Source: a virus (taxonomy: Duplodnaviria > Caudoviricetes). From it: a DNA stretch of 37,640 nucleotides. This document shows, one piece after another, positions 1-7,706 of this stretch. The translations under genes and the position numbers were made by a program. The stretch spans positions 1-37,640 of the IMG/VR virus record IMGVR_UViG_3300038393_001050. The stretch is one strand, 5' to 3'. The notes beneath the pieces were generated by a model. The model worked only from the letters and a program-made list of their open reading frames with translations. It had not been told where the DNA came from and did not search any database. How positions within the stretch are numbered: the first letter of the stretch is position 1; every line of letters begins with the position of its first letter.

Positions 1-282
1 ACTCCAGAAGTAAGCCACCCACGCCACACACGCGAGGGCGACGATGATCAGGACGGGCGTGGAACCAACCCACTCCCACACTTGCGGATCGCCGTCTTCG
101 CCGGGAGTCGGGACCGCGCAGAACTGGGCAGGCTCGGGCTGGCTGTACCGAATACGGGCCGCTTGGAAGTCGGCGATAGCCTGGGTGTCGCGGTACTGGC
201 GGGCCGGGTAGTTGCGCTGCACCCAGCGATCAAGCTCGCGCTGCTGGGCGAGGGTCGGGACGGCCTGGTAGGCGGCGCTCAT
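1..282 (-). CDS. Hypothetical membrane protein, runs off the window
   Basis: Manual translation MSAAYQAVPTLAQQRELDRW...PVLIIVALACVAWVAYFWS; ATGA overlap with the 279..536 stop; hydrophobic segment at the window edge. Confidence 0.6.
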   Translation of the reverse strand, partial: MSAAYQAVPTLAQQRELDRWVQRNYPARQYRDTQAIADFQAARIRYSQPEPAQFCAVPTPGEDGDPQVWEWVGSTPVLIIVALACVAWVAYFWS

Positions 283-536
283 GACTGCATACCGATGGCG
301 GCGAGGGCCTTTCGCGCCTTCTCGATCCTTCCCACGTAGCCGAAGCCGTGGTCGGTCAAGATCGGCTCTACGAACTCGATCAGGCCACGAGTCGCCTCGA
401 TCAGATCAGCAAAAGCATCGTGTGCGTCCAGCAGACGAAGCGCTGCCGGCTCTTGCTTGGCCGCTCCCAACAGAGCGGCGCACTCGCGTACGTCGAACAG
501 CACATCCACGGGGCGATTGAGGGCCGGGGCGGTCAT
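279..536 (-). CDS. Hypothetical phage early protein
   Basis: ATGA-coupled to neighbours on both sides; ends ARKALAAIG, typical of early-region small proteins. Confidence 0.7.
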   Translation of the reverse strand: MTAPALNRPVDVLFDVRECAALLGAAKQEPAALRLLDAHDAFADLIEATRGLIEFVEPILTDHGFGYVGRIEKARKALAAIGMQS

Positions 537-1321
537 GCGGCGGCCTCCGCCTCAGCCAGCCGACGCATGTCGTCCAGCGCTTCTTGGTTGGAGCAGTAGA
601 AGTCCGGAACGCGCTCAAGCTTCGGATCGCTCGCCATGTAGATCATGGCGGCGGCGGCGGGCGTGCCGTATGCCCACTCAAGGGCGCGGCCACCCTCGCC
701 AGCCAGCGCGACAACCCACCCGGCGCGGCAGTGCGTCGTTTCGCACGTATGCCAATGGCCCATATCGAGTGCTTGCGGCTTCGATGCTGCCCCGTAGACG
801 GCGGAGTGGATGTTCGGGATCTTGACCGGGCAATCGCGCAGGACGGCACCGCTCAGGACGGCACCGCGCAGGACGGCACCGCGCAGGTCGGCATCGCGCA
901 GGTCGGCATCGCGCAGGACGGCACCGCTCAGGACGGCATCGCGCAGGTCGGCACCGCGCAGGTCGGCATCGCGCAGGTCGGCATCGCGCAGGTCGGCATC
1001 GCGCAGGTCGGCATCGCGCAGGACGGCACCGCTCAGGACGGCATCGCGCAGGTCGGCATCGCGCAGGACGGCATCGCGCAGGTCGGCACCGCGCAGGACG
1101 GCATCGCTCAGGACGGCACCGCGCAGGTCGGCATCGCGCAGGTCGGCATCGCGCAGGACGGCACCGCTCAGGACGGCATCGCGCAGGTCGGCATCGCTCT
1201 CCTTCGCCTTCTTGACCGCAAAGCCAAGCTGGAAGCCATAGGACATGCCGGCAACCTCGGCGCTCAGCTCGCAAGAGAACTGCACAGCGCCGGACCAGCG
1301 ATTACGGATTTCGAAGTTCAT
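533..1321 (-). CDS. Pentapeptide-repeat protein with C-terminal His/Cys domain (WHTCETTHCRAGW)
   Basis: 24 tandem A(D/V)L(R/S)(D/G) units; purine-rich RBS upstream. Confidence 0.92.
   Translation of the reverse strand: MNFEIRNRWSGAVQFSCELSAEVAGMSYGFQLGFAVKKAKESDADLRDAVLSGAVLRDADLRDADLRGAVLSDAVLRGADLRDAVLRDADLRDAVLSGAVLRDADLRDADLRDADLRDADLRGADLRDAVLSGAVLRDADLRDADLRGAVLRGAVLSGAVLRDCPVKIPNIHSAVYGAASKPQALDMGHWHTCETTHCRAGWVVALAGEGGRALEWAYGTPAAAAMIYMASDPKLERVPDFYCSNQEALDDMRRLAEAEAAA
833..1192 (-). repeat. 24 x 15-bp tandem repeat GCCG(A/T)CCTG(C/A)GCG(A/G)T (coding strand)
   Basis: Read directly from the sequence; encodes the pentapeptide units. Confidence 0.95.
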
Positions 1322-1363
1322 CTCTCTCCCCTTACATCCCCCGGCTGCGGGCCGAGGGGTTGG

Positions 1364-1570
1364 TTAGCGGTTGCGCGCTTGCAGCACGATGGCTGCGGCG
1401 CGGGTGAGGTTGTCGGCGTGCTCCATGGCCTGCTCGGGCGTCATGAGCGTGTCGGAGGCATAGACGCCATCGACTTGCTTGCCCACGGTCACGCCTTCGA
1501 GGGAGGCGCGCGTTTCCACGGCCATGCCATCGGCAAGGAGGAGCGGGCGGGAGGTCCAGAGGGTGGTCAC
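1364..1570 (-). CDS. Hypothetical protein (MTTLWTSRPLLL...QARNR)
   Basis: GTG start overlapping the upstream TGA (GTGA); the ORF-track start at 1672 is probably over-extended. Confidence 0.6.
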   Translation of the reverse strand: MTTLWTSRPLLLADGMAVETRASLEGVTVGKQVDGVYASDTLMTPEQAMEHADNLTRAAAIVLQARNR

Positions 1571-1710
1571 GCGGCGGCCTGCGATCTGACCCACGCCAGC
1601 GCGGCGCGCTTGGTCTTGAAGATCAGCCCGCGCTTCTCGCCGAGCTTGAGGACGCCCCAGGAGCTGGAGCATTCGACCTTGCCGATTTCGTAGCCGTTGA
1701 TGACCTGCAT
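1567..1710 (-). CDS. Small first gene of the PL operon, 47 aa (MQVINGYEIGKVECSSSW...RSQAAA)
   Basis: Not in the ORF track; GAGGGAG RBS; directly downstream of putative PL. Confidence 0.6.
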   Translation of the reverse strand: MQVINGYEIGKVECSSSWGVLKLGEKRGLIFKTKRAALAWVRSQAAA

Positions 1711-1753
1711 GTCCGTTCTCCCTCTCTGCCGGCCTGGTGGCTGGCGACGGGGG

Positions 1754-1793
1754 AATTAAACCACAGGTTCAGAGCAGAGTGCAACCACAAGTT
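1754..1793 (-). promoter_or_regulatory. PL promoter with two operators (OL)
   Basis: AACCACAGGTT (1759-1769) and AACCACAAGTT (1783-1793), 24 bp apart; minus-strand TTGCAC-18bp-TTTAAT overlaps them. Confidence 0.75.
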
Positions 1794-1837
1794 GCGAAAA
1801 AGTGAGTACTTCGGAGTTCAGTAATTTCCTAGGCGCG

Positions 1838-1860
1838 AAAAAAAGCCCGCCGAAGCGGGC
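1838..1860 (-). terminator. Intrinsic terminator of the immunity transcript
   Basis: Minus strand GCCCGC-TTCG-GCGGGC followed by T7. Confidence 0.9.
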
Positions 1861-1885
1861 CGAAGCGCGACTCGATGAGGCTTAG

Positions 1886-2236
1886 TCAGCCGCCATCATC
1901 CTGGCTGTCGCTGCTCTCGTCATCGCCGTAGCTGGACTGGTAGCCATAGGACGGCTGGGCTTGCGGCTGCGTATAGGGCTGCGCGTAGCTGCCCCCGGAG
2001 TAAGTGCTTGGCTGAGGCGTCGCGTAGGGATCGCGCGTGCCAGGCTGGCCGGTGTACGGATTGACGTTGCCGCGAGTGGAGTAGTTGTCCAGCTTCGTGC
2101 TGTTCGGCGCTGAGCGATAGTGCGGGGCTACATACGTCCCATCCCTTTTGACGTAGCCGCGAACGGCAACCTGCGCGCTTGCCGCCATCGGCACCAGCGC
2201 AGCAAGAGCCAACCCAAGCATCAGTGACATCTTCAT
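1886..2236 (-). CDS. Secreted/periplasmic protein in the immunity region
   Basis: Sec signal peptide ending ASA|Q; motif GYVKRDGTYVAPHYRSAPN...NYSTRGNVNPYTG; Q/P/Y-rich and acidic tail. Confidence 0.85.
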   Translation of the reverse strand: MKMSLMLGLALAALVPMAASAQVAVRGYVKRDGTYVAPHYRSAPNSTKLDNYSTRGNVNPYTGQPGTRDPYATPQPSTYSGGSYAQPYTQPQAQPSYGYQSSYGDDESSDSQDDGG

Positions 2237-2290
2237 GACGTTCCCCTATCTGTTGCAGTCGCCGGCTGCGGTTGTACTGGCGTAAAACTC

Positions 2291-2500
2291 CTACACCCCG
2301 GTCATTCCGTGCTTCGCCTTGGGCGCCCAATCCAGTGGTCGCCGGCTGAAGCCTGGCCGCTGCTGCTGGACTTCCGGCGCTGGCGCCGGATCTTTGACGG
2401 CCGTGCCTCCCACCAGCTCAAGCCTAGGCCTTGCCTGTGCCGCCCCCCATCGTTCCCGCAACATCGCGCGGACCATTAGATAAACCGCTTCTTCCAGCAT
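2291..2500 (-). CDS. Small hypothetical protein downstream of and overlapping cI
   Basis: MLEEAVYLMVRAMLRERWGAAQARPRLELVGG...; G-rich RBS-like sequence upstream. Confidence 0.5.
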   Translation of the reverse strand: MLEEAVYLMVRAMLRERWGAAQARPRLELVGGTAVKDPAPAPEVQQQRPGFSRRPLDWAPKAKHGMTGV

Positions 2501-2945
2501 CGCTTCCCGTCCCCTGTTCCAGCCGTCTAACCAGCCACACGACATCTGCTGTCGTGATGCCTGTCTCGCCCACCTTGTCGTATAGCTCCGCGCCCAACTC
2601 CACGGCCTCCCTGATGGTCAGCCTGACGCCGAGTTCATCAGCGGTGTCCTGCATGGCCCGTGCCACGCCACGAATGATCTTTGGGTCCTGTCGCACAGAC
2701 CGCGAATGGCTTAGTGGTGCGCTTTCCCTGATGGGCTGGATTCCTAGCAATTCATCAGCTGAGCAGCCAAGGAACTGGCACAGCTTTTTGATGTGCTCGC
2801 GGGCGATGGTCCCTTGCTTGATCCACTTCTGAACCGCTTGCTCGGACACGCCCATGTACTCGGCTAGCAGCTTCTTCTGCTTGCCGGATCGGGTGAGTAG
2901 GGCGTCGAGCGCCGCCCCTACGTCGAAATCGTCTTGATTAACCAT
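2424..2945 (-). CDS. cI: CI-like repressor (XRE HTH) lacking an S24 peptidase domain
   Basis: HTH KQKKLLAEYMGVSEQAVQKWIKQG...LCQFLGCSADELLG; divergent from cro; true start at 2945 (MVNQDDF). Confidence 0.85.
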   Translation of the reverse strand: MVNQDDFDVGAALDALLTRSGKQKKLLAEYMGVSEQAVQKWIKQGTIAREHIKKLCQFLGCSADELLGIQPIRESAPLSHSRSVRQDPKIIRGVARAMQDTADELGVRLTIREAVELGAELYDKVGETGITTADVVWLVRRLEQGTGSDAGRSGLSNGPRDVAGTMGGGTGKA

Positions 2946-3023
2946 AAGTTGAAAGTGTGAGGCTCGGCCCGCAGGGCGCGAAGCAACTACAGGTTTGCAT
3001 TCCGCCACAACCTGTGGTTCAAT
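2940..3023. promoter_or_regulatory. OR region: three operators, PR and presumed PRM
   Basis: AACCATAAGTT (2940-2950), AACTACAGGTT (2985-2995), AACCTGTGGTT (3009-3019); PR TTGCAT(2995-3000)-17bp-TTCAAT(3018-3023). Confidence 0.8.
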
Positions 3024-3029
3024 CGCGCT

Positions 3030-3299
3030 ATGAGCTACAAAACCGTGATTGCCCACTTCGGCACGCCCTCCGCGCTCGCCGCCGCCCTCGCCCCTTACGG
3101 GGAAAAGATCACGCCGCAGGCTATCTACAAGTGGCGTGATGCCGGCGTGCCGAGGGATCGAGCACCCCTGATCGAGGACGCCTCTGGCGGCCGACTCCGC
3201 GCCGAGGACATCTGCCCCAGCGTCGAGTGGGAGCGCGACAAGGGCGGCAACCTCACGGGCTACCGCGTCCCTGTTGTGCGGTTGAAGCGAGCTTCCTGA
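3030..3299 (+). CDS. cro: Cro/YdaS-like transcriptional regulator
   Basis: VIAHFGTPSALAAAL...ITPQAIYKW...VPRDRAPLIEDASGGRLRAEDICP; divergent from cI. Confidence 0.85.
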   Translation: MSYKTVIAHFGTPSALAAALAPYGEKITPQAIYKWRDAGVPRDRAPLIEDASGGRLRAEDICPSVEWERDKGGNLTGYRVPVVRLKRAS

Positions 3300-3306
3300 T
3301 TCCACG

Positions 3307-3335
3307 GGCTGGTTCCTTGTGAGCCGGCCTTTTTT
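3307..3335 (+). terminator. tR1-like terminator after cro
   Basis: GGCTGGTT/AGCCGGCC stem with G-U pairs, then T6. Confidence 0.6.
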
Positions 3336-3369
3336 GTACCCAATCACAAACGCGAACTGGTGCGAGCCC

Positions 3370-3750
3370 ATGCGAACTGACACGAATCAACGCGAGCTGC
3401 CGTTAGATGCGCCGCTGGATGTGCTGCTGGCGTGCAAGTCCGAGGAACAGGCGGTTCGGACGTGCCTTGAACTGGCACTCCATCGCCTTGGCCGCGACCA
3501 GCAGACGGTGGCCCTCATTTGCGGCTGGAAGTCCGATAGCTGCCTGAGTGAGATCGCTAACCCGCGCCATCCCCGAAAGATGCCCAAGGCCAAGCGGGAA
3601 CGGTTCGCGCTGGCGACGGGCTGCAACCTGCTTTCGCAGTTCCTCGACTACCAAGAGGCGAGGGCGAAGGCCGTCGAAACGCCAACGGAGCGCCAGCGAG
3701 CCGCTATCGCTGCCCATGCCTGCATGGCTGCCTGGGGGATCGCCGCATGA
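3370..3750 (+). CDS. CII-like regulator
   Basis: Position after cro/tR1; HTH-like QQTVALICGWKSDSCLSEI and ATGCNLLSQF segment. Confidence 0.6.
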   Translation: MRTDTNQRELPLDAPLDVLLACKSEEQAVRTCLELALHRLGRDQQTVALICGWKSDSCLSEIANPRHPRKMPKAKRERFALATGCNLLSQFLDYQEARAKAVETPTERQRAAIAAHACMAAWGIAA

Positions 3751-4112
3751 GCCTCCTTTCCTTCATCCGCAAACCCCGCGCCCGCACCTCCCCGCACGCT
3801 AACCGTATGTCCGTGCCCGTGAGCGTGACGACTCCGAAAGCTCAAGCCTGCGTGATCGACAACGAGCCGGCGCCGCTTGAGTTCACCCGCGACCCGAAGC
3901 TGGCCGCTCAGATCCGCAACAACCTGCCCAACCGGCCCGTGAGCCACGAGCTGCGCGCCTGTCGCATGGCGGCTGTGTTGGACAAGCAGGCCGCGTTCCT
4001 GGCCGACGCAAGCGGCAAGGTCGAGCCGCCCGAGCGCTGGGAGGTGATCGACGCCTGCCTCTTTGCTGCGGAGTTCATGCGGGACGGGATTGTTGTTGGG
4101 AGCGTTGGTTAA
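3747..4112 (+). CDS. Hypothetical protein
   Basis: ATGA-coupled ORF between cII-like and the initiator. Confidence 0.65.
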   Translation: MSLLSFIRKPRARTSPHANRMSVPVSVTTPKAQACVIDNEPAPLEFTRDPKLAAQIRNNLPNRPVSHELRACRMAAVLDKQAAFLADASGKVEPPERWEVIDACLFAAEFMRDGIVVGSVG

Positions 4113-4904
4113 GTGAGCACCGCCGTAATGGCTCTGTGCTGGCCGCTGCAAATGCCCCCCACGCAGAAGGCCGTGCTTATTTCGCTGGCGGATAACGCCA
4201 ACGATCAGGGTTATTGCTGGCCGTCATTAATGACCATTAGCGAAAGGACTTGCTTTTCAAAGCGCGCCGTTATTGACGCAATTGCCTGGCTTGAAAAGCA
4301 GGGGGCGATTATCGCTGACCGCACGAATGGCCGGCACACGACCTACCAGTTGAAACCTGTTGAGTATGTCCAACCGGTGCAGCTCCCGCACCGGTGCAGC
4401 TCTAGCACCGGTGCACCTGCCGCATCAACCGGTGCAGCTCCCGCACCGGTACCGGTGCATCTCCCGCACCAACCGGTGCAGCAGGTGCACCCTAACCGTA
4501 AAGAACCGTCATTGAACCGTAAGAGCAACCGTCAGTTAGACGTGACGCTGCCCGACTGGCTCCCGGAGGCGATCTGGACGGACTGGGTTGAGCACCGGGC
4601 CTCCATTAAGCGCCCGCTTTCTCAGCGCGCCGCCGAATTAACGATTAACAAGCTCGTCAAGCTTCGCCTCGCCGGTAATGACCCGGTATTCCTAATCGAA
4701 ACCGCCATCGAAAGCGGATGGCAGGGCATTTACGTCCCGCGTTCGGAGAAACCTAATGCAAACCATCAGTCAAACCGCAAGCTCAGCGCTGTCGAGCAAG
4801 TCGAGCAGGCCATCCGCGAGCAATTCGCAAACGACCCTGACGACGACTTCGGCCGCCCCTTTGCCCAAATCGGCCACGGCGGAACTGTGGATGCGGATGG
4901 CTAG
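4113..4904 (+). CDS. Replication initiator, lambda O-like, N-terminal winged HTH
   Basis: QKAVLISLADNANDQGYCWPSLMTISERTCFSKRAV; internal iterons; C-terminal PDWLPEAIWTDWVEHR...SGWQGI domain. Confidence 0.88.
   Translation: MSTAVMALCWPLQMPPTQKAVLISLADNANDQGYCWPSLMTISERTCFSKRAVIDAIAWLEKQGAIIADRTNGRHTTYQLKPVEYVQPVQLPHRCSSSTGAPAASTGAAPAPVPVHLPHQPVQQVHPNRKEPSLNRKSNRQLDVTLPDWLPEAIWTDWVEHRASIKRPLSQRAAELTINKLVKLRLAGNDPVFLIETAIESGWQGIYVPRSEKPNANHQSNRKLSAVEQVEQAIREQFANDPDDDFGRPFAQIGHGGTVDADG
4371..4532 (+). repeat. Replication-origin iterons inside the initiator gene
   Basis: Six ACCGGTGCA copies (4373, 4390, 4407, 4428, 4451, 4472), then four AACCGT copies (4494, 4504, 4515, 4527). Confidence 0.8.
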
Positions 4905-5448
4905 CCGTTACGGCAACGCCTGGGTTAGCAACTTCGGCGCCCAGCCGAACGGCATCGCGGCGGCTGAGTGGCGCGGGACGCTGGCCGGGATCACGCCGGA
5001 GCAGTTGCGCGAAGGGTTCGAGGCTGACGTTCTGCGCGCCGATAACTGGCCGCCTAGCTCCGCGAAGTTCAAGGCGATGTGCCTCGGCATTCCGTCGATT
5101 GCCAGCGTTCGGGCCGAGGTTGTCGATTACCTGGCCTATCGCGGGCCGTTCGACGGTGGAAACGCTCGCCCGATCATTTCCCGGTTCGCCCGTGGCGTGC
5201 TGTCGCGGCTTGATACCTACGCCTACCGCAATGCCTCCGGGAAGGTAGCCGACCGGATCTTCGAGGAAGCATTCCAGCGCACCCGTGAGTTCGTCATGGA
5301 GGGCGGCACGCTTCCGGTTAACCCGGTCGCCCTGATCGAGAAGACGGAGCCGGAACACAAGCCCGCATCGCCTGAAGTCGTGGCCGAACACTTGGCGAAG
5401 GTTGCCGAGATGCTCCATGTGCAGCCGGAAGGGGAGGGCGAGGTATGA
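4756..5448 (+). CDS. Replication protein P-like (putative helicase loader)
   Basis: LWMRMASRYGNAWVSNFG...EW...QLREG...WPPSSAKFKAMC pattern; GGAG RBS; follows the initiator. Confidence 0.7.
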   Translation: MQTISQTASSALSSKSSRPSASNSQTTLTTTSAAPLPKSATAELWMRMASRYGNAWVSNFGAQPNGIAAAEWRGTLAGITPEQLREGFEADVLRADNWPPSSAKFKAMCLGIPSIASVRAEVVDYLAYRGPFDGGNARPIISRFARGVLSRLDTYAYRNASGKVADRIFEEAFQRTREFVMEGGTLPVNPVALIEKTEPEHKPASPEVVAEHLAKVAEMLHVQPEGEGEV

Positions 5449-5615
5449 CCTCCCACAACTACTACGGCCCCGAGTTCTGGATTCGGTTCGGCGAGTGGTG
5501 CCGCAACTGCCGCCTGCCGCTGACTGCGGCCCTCATTCGGGGCCACTTCGACGTATCCAACGCCACGGCTTACCGCTGGCTGCGCGCCTGGAAAGACGCA
5601 ACGGGGCAGGTATGA
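5445..5615 (+). CDS. Small HTH protein, 56 aa (MTSHNYYGPEFW...IRGHFDVSNATAYRWL)
   Basis: Not in the ORF track; ATGA-coupled at both ends; HTH-like VSNATAYRW. Confidence 0.7.
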   Translation: MTSHNYYGPEFWIRFGEWCRNCRLPLTAALIRGHFDVSNATAYRWLRAWKDATGQV

Positions 5616-5845
5616 CCGCCTCCCGCTGCCTCTATCACGCCACGCGCATTGCAAACCTGCCGACGAACCAATGGGCGGCAGAGGTCAAGAAGCTCCCCGA
5701 GCAATGCGGCAACGACGACTGCACGCACGGCAACTGCCAGAAGGTTTGCCAGGACTGGCTGCGGGTGCAGTTCATGCGACTCCGATTCATCCACCGCGAG
5801 AAGCAGATTGACAACGCGGCACAGAAGCGAGGGAACAGGCGATGA
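5612..5845 (+). CDS. Cys-rich hypothetical protein
   Basis: ATG at 5612 overlaps the upstream stop; CGNDDCTHGNCQKVC. Confidence 0.65.
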   Translation: MTASRCLYHATRIANLPTNQWAAEVKKLPEQCGNDDCTHGNCQKVCQDWLRVQFMRLRFIHREKQIDNAAQKRGNRR

Positions 5846-6270
5846 GTGCCCGAACCATCTTTCTCACCACCGACAATGCCCGCGAGCGTTTCGCCGCCGC
5901 ATGGCGCTTGGCCTGCGAAATCCTGCAATTCGGCAAGCCGGTACGGGTGCAGATCGACGAGAAGCAGCCGACGCGCACGCTTGAGCAGAACGCCAAGATG
6001 TGGGCCGTGCTGTCCGACATTGCGCGTCAGGTGCAGTGGCCGGTAGACGGCAAGCTGCAATACCTGGAAGCCGAGGATTGGAAGCACATCATTTCCGGGG
6101 GCCTCAAACGGCACCAGCGGGTCGCGCAAGGTCTGGACGGCGGGTTCGTGATCCTCGGCCAGCGCACCAGCCGCATGAGCATCGCGGAGATGGTTGAGCT
6201 TATCGAGCTAGCCCATGCGTTCGGCGCTGAGTATGGCGTTGTGTGGGGCGATGAGCGGAGGGCCGCATGA
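5842..6270 (+). CDS. ninB: NinB/Orf family recombination protein
   Basis: RTLEQNAKMWAVLSDIARQVQW...EDWK...GQRTSRM...ELIE...AFGAEYGVVW. Confidence 0.92.
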   Translation: MSARTIFLTTDNARERFAAAWRLACEILQFGKPVRVQIDEKQPTRTLEQNAKMWAVLSDIARQVQWPVDGKLQYLEAEDWKHIISGGLKRHQRVAQGLDGGFVILGQRTSRMSIAEMVELIELAHAFGAEYGVVWGDERRAA

Positions 6271-6548
6271 ACGCCACTGAGCGACCCTGGTTCCAAGCCG
6301 TCGCAGAGCTTGAAACCTGCGTCCTGTGCAATCGCCATGGAGTCCAGGTATCGCACTCCAACATGCACCGAGGCATGGGCCAGAAGTCCGCCCCGTGGCT
6401 CACGGCTGCGCTGTGCCCTGACTGTCATTCGTCCATCGACAACGGCAAAGACCTTTCCCAAATCGAGCGCCGCGAGCTGCATGCCCGCGCGGTGAACCTT
6501 ACCCACGACCGGCTCATCAAGGCCGGCAAGCTGAGGCTAGTCAAGTAA
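6267..6548 (+). CDS. Zn-binding HNH-like nin protein (DUF968/DUF1364-like)
   Basis: CVLC...SH...RGMGQK...LCPDCHSSID. Confidence 0.7.
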   Translation: MNATERPWFQAVAELETCVLCNRHGVQVSHSNMHRGMGQKSAPWLTAALCPDCHSSIDNGKDLSQIERRELHARAVNLTHDRLIKAGKLRLVK

Positions 6549-7060
6549 TGCGCATCCATATCACTACCACCGCCACTGAGCAGGCTGCACGCGAAATCAT
6601 GCGGCACATGGAATCCCACGGCGGCGAGTGGATCGTCAATGCCGTGGAGGATGAGGGTTACGTCATAGCCAAGGTCGGGACGCTGGAAGGGAAGCGCCTG
6701 AGCCGTTCGTTCTCGCCGTCGCTGTGTGGCCCGTTCAGCTTCAATACGACGCTTGACGAGCTAGAAGGACGTCTCCGCATCGCCCGCCGTATCTCGCTGG
6801 GCGTGAAGTCGGACAGTGCGCGGCGCGACACGCCAAAGCCTGCCCATGATGACGGATGGGAAAGCCCGACGCACGCGACTCTCAAGCTGCTGAAGCAGCG
6901 CAACATCACCGTCGCTGAGTTAAGGAAGGAATTGAAGTTGAGCCGCAGCGGTGCCCACAGCGTCATGGCTCGACTTGTCGCGAGTAACAGGGCGCGGGTT
7001 GTGATGCGCCTCCCCGCTTCCAGCGGTGGGAATTTCAACGTGTACGGGGCGGTTTCCTAA
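6548..7060 (+). CDS. Hypothetical protein with C-terminal winged HTH
   Basis: ITVAELRKELKLSRSGAHSVMARLV. Confidence 0.6.
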   Translation: MRIHITTTATEQAAREIMRHMESHGGEWIVNAVEDEGYVIAKVGTLEGKRLSRSFSPSLCGPFSFNTTLDELEGRLRIARRISLGVKSDSARRDTPKPAHDDGWESPTHATLKLLKQRNITVAELRKELKLSRSGAHSVMARLVASNRARVVMRLPASSGGNFNVYGAVS

Positions 7061-7398
7061 TGGCCGGCCGCTCTCCGACACAGAACAGCCTAGCGGCGCT
7101 TCGGGCTCAAGGCTATTCCTGCTGGGTGGTCGAGTATTTCAACAGCTTCACGCAAAAGCGCGTGGATCTGTTCGGATGCATCGACATTCTGGCGATCCGC
7201 GATGGCGAAACCCTAGCCGTGCAAACCACAAGTGATAGCGGGGTGTCGGCCCGCAAGAAGAAGATGACCGAAAACGAGTACATCCCGGTCATGCGCGCGG
7301 CCGGCTGGACGATTCATATCCATGGGTGGCGCAAGAAGCCCAAGGTGAAGGGCGGGAAGGCGCTTGTCTGGAAGCAACGCATCGTTGACATGAGCTGA
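7060..7398 (+). CDS. Putative PD-(D/E)XK-fold nuclease/resolvase
   Basis: LRAQGY...DLFGCIDILAIRDGETLAVQ...IHIHGW. Confidence 0.6.
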   Translation: MAGRSPTQNSLAALRAQGYSCWVVEYFNSFTQKRVDLFGCIDILAIRDGETLAVQTTSDSGVSARKKKMTENEYIPVMRAAGWTIHIHGWRKKPKVKGGKALVWKQRIVDMS

Positions 7399-7407
7399 GG
7401 GGCGTCT

Positions 7408-7647
7408 ATGTCTACCGAATCCCGCATCACCGAAGCGCTGGAGGCGATGAAGGCGGAGGGGGTGCCGATGGATCATCTAGGCGAAATGGAGGCGCGGCTA
7501 ATGAATCTCCTGTTCCGCGCCCGGCGGATCAATAAGGCGTCTAGCGTGCTTCCTCTGCTGGGAATTACGGAAGCTGCCGACTACTTGAAGTGCCACCGCT
7601 CCACCGTCTACCGACTTGCCAAAAAGTCACGCGAGAAAGTCGCATAA
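7408..7647 (+). CDS. Small HTH DNA-binding protein
   Basis: ITEAADYLKCHRSTVYRL; GAGGGG RBS. Confidence 0.7.
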   Translation: MSTESRITEALEAMKAEGVPMDHLGEMEARLMNLLFRARRINKASSVLPLLGITEAADYLKCHRSTVYRLAKKSREKVA

Positions 7648-7706
7648 CACCAACCCGGCGCGACAGGTCCGGCCGAATATGAGCTAACTCCCAAAAGGGT
7701 TGGCAA

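Noticed and set aside
833-1192. Possible CRISPR array
   Set aside because: Contiguous 15-bp units with no unique spacers, inside a CDS, and no cas genes
584-1693. Long + strand and alternative-frame ORFs over the pentapeptide repeat (AQDGT, RCRPA, RRSAS repeats)
   Set aside because: Shadows of a stop-free 15-bp repeat; only the A(D/V)L(R/S)(D/G) frame has an RBS and a known fold
1817-1833. Possible Xanthomonadales LexA box (TCAGTAATTTCCTAG)
   Set aside because: Spacer one base short and two mismatches relative to TTAG-N6-TACTA
2946-3383. N-terminal extension of cI in the ORF track (319 aa)
   Set aside because: Runs antisense through cro and the operators; the HTH begins right after ATG 2945
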